From Paramoeba atlantica (Eukaryota > Protista > Discosea): a stretch of DNA of 64,000 bases. Below, piece by piece: positions 62,110 to 64,000 of this stretch (position 1 is its first letter; every line of letters begins with the position of its first letter). The DNA lies in contig CDRNVI010000139.1 of the NCBI GenBank assembly GCA_977017575.1, positions 255,689 through 319,688 on the forward strand, read 5' to 3'. The notes below the pieces were generated by a model. The model ran no database searches, was not told the origin of the DNA, and saw only the letters and a program-made list of their open reading frames with translations. A program made the translations under genes and the position numbers.

Positions 62110-63479
62110 TTTTGAAGAGATAGAGGTTTTTTTTATTATTTTTTATTTTTCTCCCTTTTTGATTTTGATTTGTTTTATTTTATTTTTCTTGTTTGTATTT
62201 TTTCACTGTTTTTGGTTTTTTTTCATTTTTGATTTTCCATCTTGTTATTTTGAGATGTGCGTTTTGTTTTGTTTCTCTGTTGTTGTTTGTGAAAAATGAA
62301 AAAATGATCTTGGTTTCTTTTTCTCTTTTTCTTTTGTTTTTTTAAGTTTTTTTCTTTTGAAATTGGATGAGATGAACAAAAATGGTTTTTTTTTTGTTCT
62401 TTTCCACATGGTTCTCATTTTGAGTATTTTTGTTATTTTTTCATTTAGTATCGATTTATTAACACCTTCTCTTTCTCTTTCCTCTTCCTCAGTCCTTTCT
62501 CTTTCCTTCTCTCCCTTTTCCTTTCTCTGGTGCACAATTGTTGGGGTGTTCTTGTTTCCAATTTTTCGCTTTGATTTTATTCTCCTTCTTTCAAACCTTT
62601 TTCGAAAAGGTTATGATTCGACCAAGAATGACTCTCTCTTTCTCCTCTCCCTCACTTCACTCTCCCTTTGTCTGTTTCTTATCTCATTCTTTCTTCTTCT
62701 CTTTTTCTTTTCTTTTCTTTCTTTCTTCATCTCTCATTTGTTTTTGATGTGGGGATGGGTGGGAATTTTCTCAATTTCTTGAACCTTTTGTGGAATTACG
62801 ATTTCTCAATTTTTTGTTGATTAAAAATTTTCTTTTTTCCCAAAAATTGTGTTTCTCTCATTCAATCAACCAAAATATATGAATTCCTCCTCTCCCCCCT
62901 CCCTCCCCAACAAAAAAAAAGAAAAAATAGTTGTTTTTGAGTTTTGAAAGAGTGTTGTTGAGTTTGGGTATTATTTATTCAACCAAATAAAAAAGATGAA
63001 TCAACAAAAAGAACAACAAAACAAAACAAAACAAAAAGACAGGGCAAGAATACCAAAAAAGAACAAAAAAGAATCATTTCTTTTAACAAAATTTGAAGAA
63101 AACAAAAGAAGAAAAACAATTTAAATCAAAAAAAAAAGAGAAGAGGAGAGAATTTTCACAAAAAAACACAAAACACACACAACAACAACAAAACACAAAA
63201 ATGAGAGGAGAAACAAAATCAAGAAAGGTTGTTTTTGAAGAAGAAGGATCAAAAATCGAATCAAAAATTGGAAGAAGAATGATGATGATGATTTGGGGGG
63301 AAGAAGAAGACCACACCACACCACAACAGAGACTAAAAAGGAGAAAAGGGAGGAGGGGAGGAGAAGAGGAAGGAGGGGGAAAAGAGAAGAGAAGAGAAAA
63401 AAATATATTAATTTCTTGTTTTTAATTTTCTTCAAACAAAAAAGGAAACAAAAATAAAAAAGAGAAAAACCTCCATCTT

Positions 63480-64000
63480 TCAAAATGATTCCCACAATTC
63501 AATTGACTTTTTCTCATAATCTGAAACAATAATTGTTCCAAATGAATCAATACCAACCCCTTGAGAATTCACCATGTGATGTTTACCAAATGAAAAAAGA
63601 AATGTTCCATCTTTCTCAAACACACTCACTCTTCCATTTCCTCCATCACAAACAACAATTCTACCTTCCCCATCCACATCAACACCTACTGGACAATTGA
63701 ATTGAGAATCACCTGAACCATATGTTCCAAAATATCGAATAAAATTCCCTTCAATATCCATCACTTGGATTCGATGATTCAAAGTATCAGAAATAACAAT
63801 ATTCCCATCTCTATCAACTACAACATTGTTTGGTTGATTAAAATGACCTTCAGAAGAACCTTCTGAACCAAAAGAATGAAGAAAAGATCCATCATTATCA
63901 AACACTTGAATTCGATGATTCAAAGTATCACAAACAATAATTCTACCTTCTTCATCCACATCCACACCATATGGTTCTTTAAACTGACCATCTTCAGAAC
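63480..64000 (-). CDS. TRIM-NHL copy 16, 3' NHL blades only; the rest is off the window edge
   Basis: Open frame of NHL blades 3-6 ending ELWESF*. Confidence 0.85.
   Translation of the reverse strand, partial: SEDGQFKEPYGVDVDEEGRIIVCDTLNHRIQVFDNDGSFLHSFGSEGSSEGHFNQPNNVVVDRDGNIVISDTLNHRIQVMDIEGNFIRYFGTYGSGDSQFNCPVGVDVDGEGRIVVCDGGNGRVSVFEKDGTFLFSFGKHHMVNSQGVGIDSFGTIIVSDYEKKSIELWESF

Overview
Gene-dense, AT-rich eukaryotic DNA with short GT-AG introns, probably from a microbial eukaryote (inference; host not identifiable from the sequence). It is dominated by a tandem family of TRIM-NHL genes (RING, B-box1, B-box2, coiled coil, six-blade NHL propeller). There are 17 gene-length copies: 9 apparently intact, 5 with frameshifts, deletions or a transposon insertion, 1 NHL-only and 2 cut by the window edges, plus 2 small fragments. 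The copies alternate strictly in strand, so they sit head-to-head and tail-to-tail. Their frameworks are nearly identical, while hypervariable residues cluster at the NHL FxxPx(G/S)V and DxxNxR loops and are shuffled between copies. Seven head-to-head spacers each carry one conserved ~90-bp element. Two ~2.5-kb piggyBac-family transposons have CGGG termini and different non-TTAA 4-bp target duplications (CGAT, CAAA). Other items: a small insertion-element family, a decayed LRR surface-protein fragment, a hairpin-plus-repeat insertion, and an island of four genes that are single-copy in this window (LUC7-like, divergent 14-3-3-like, DUF3533/SNG1-like, AIFM2/FSP1-like). No rRNA, tRNA or CRISPR array recognised. 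All alignments were done by eye.
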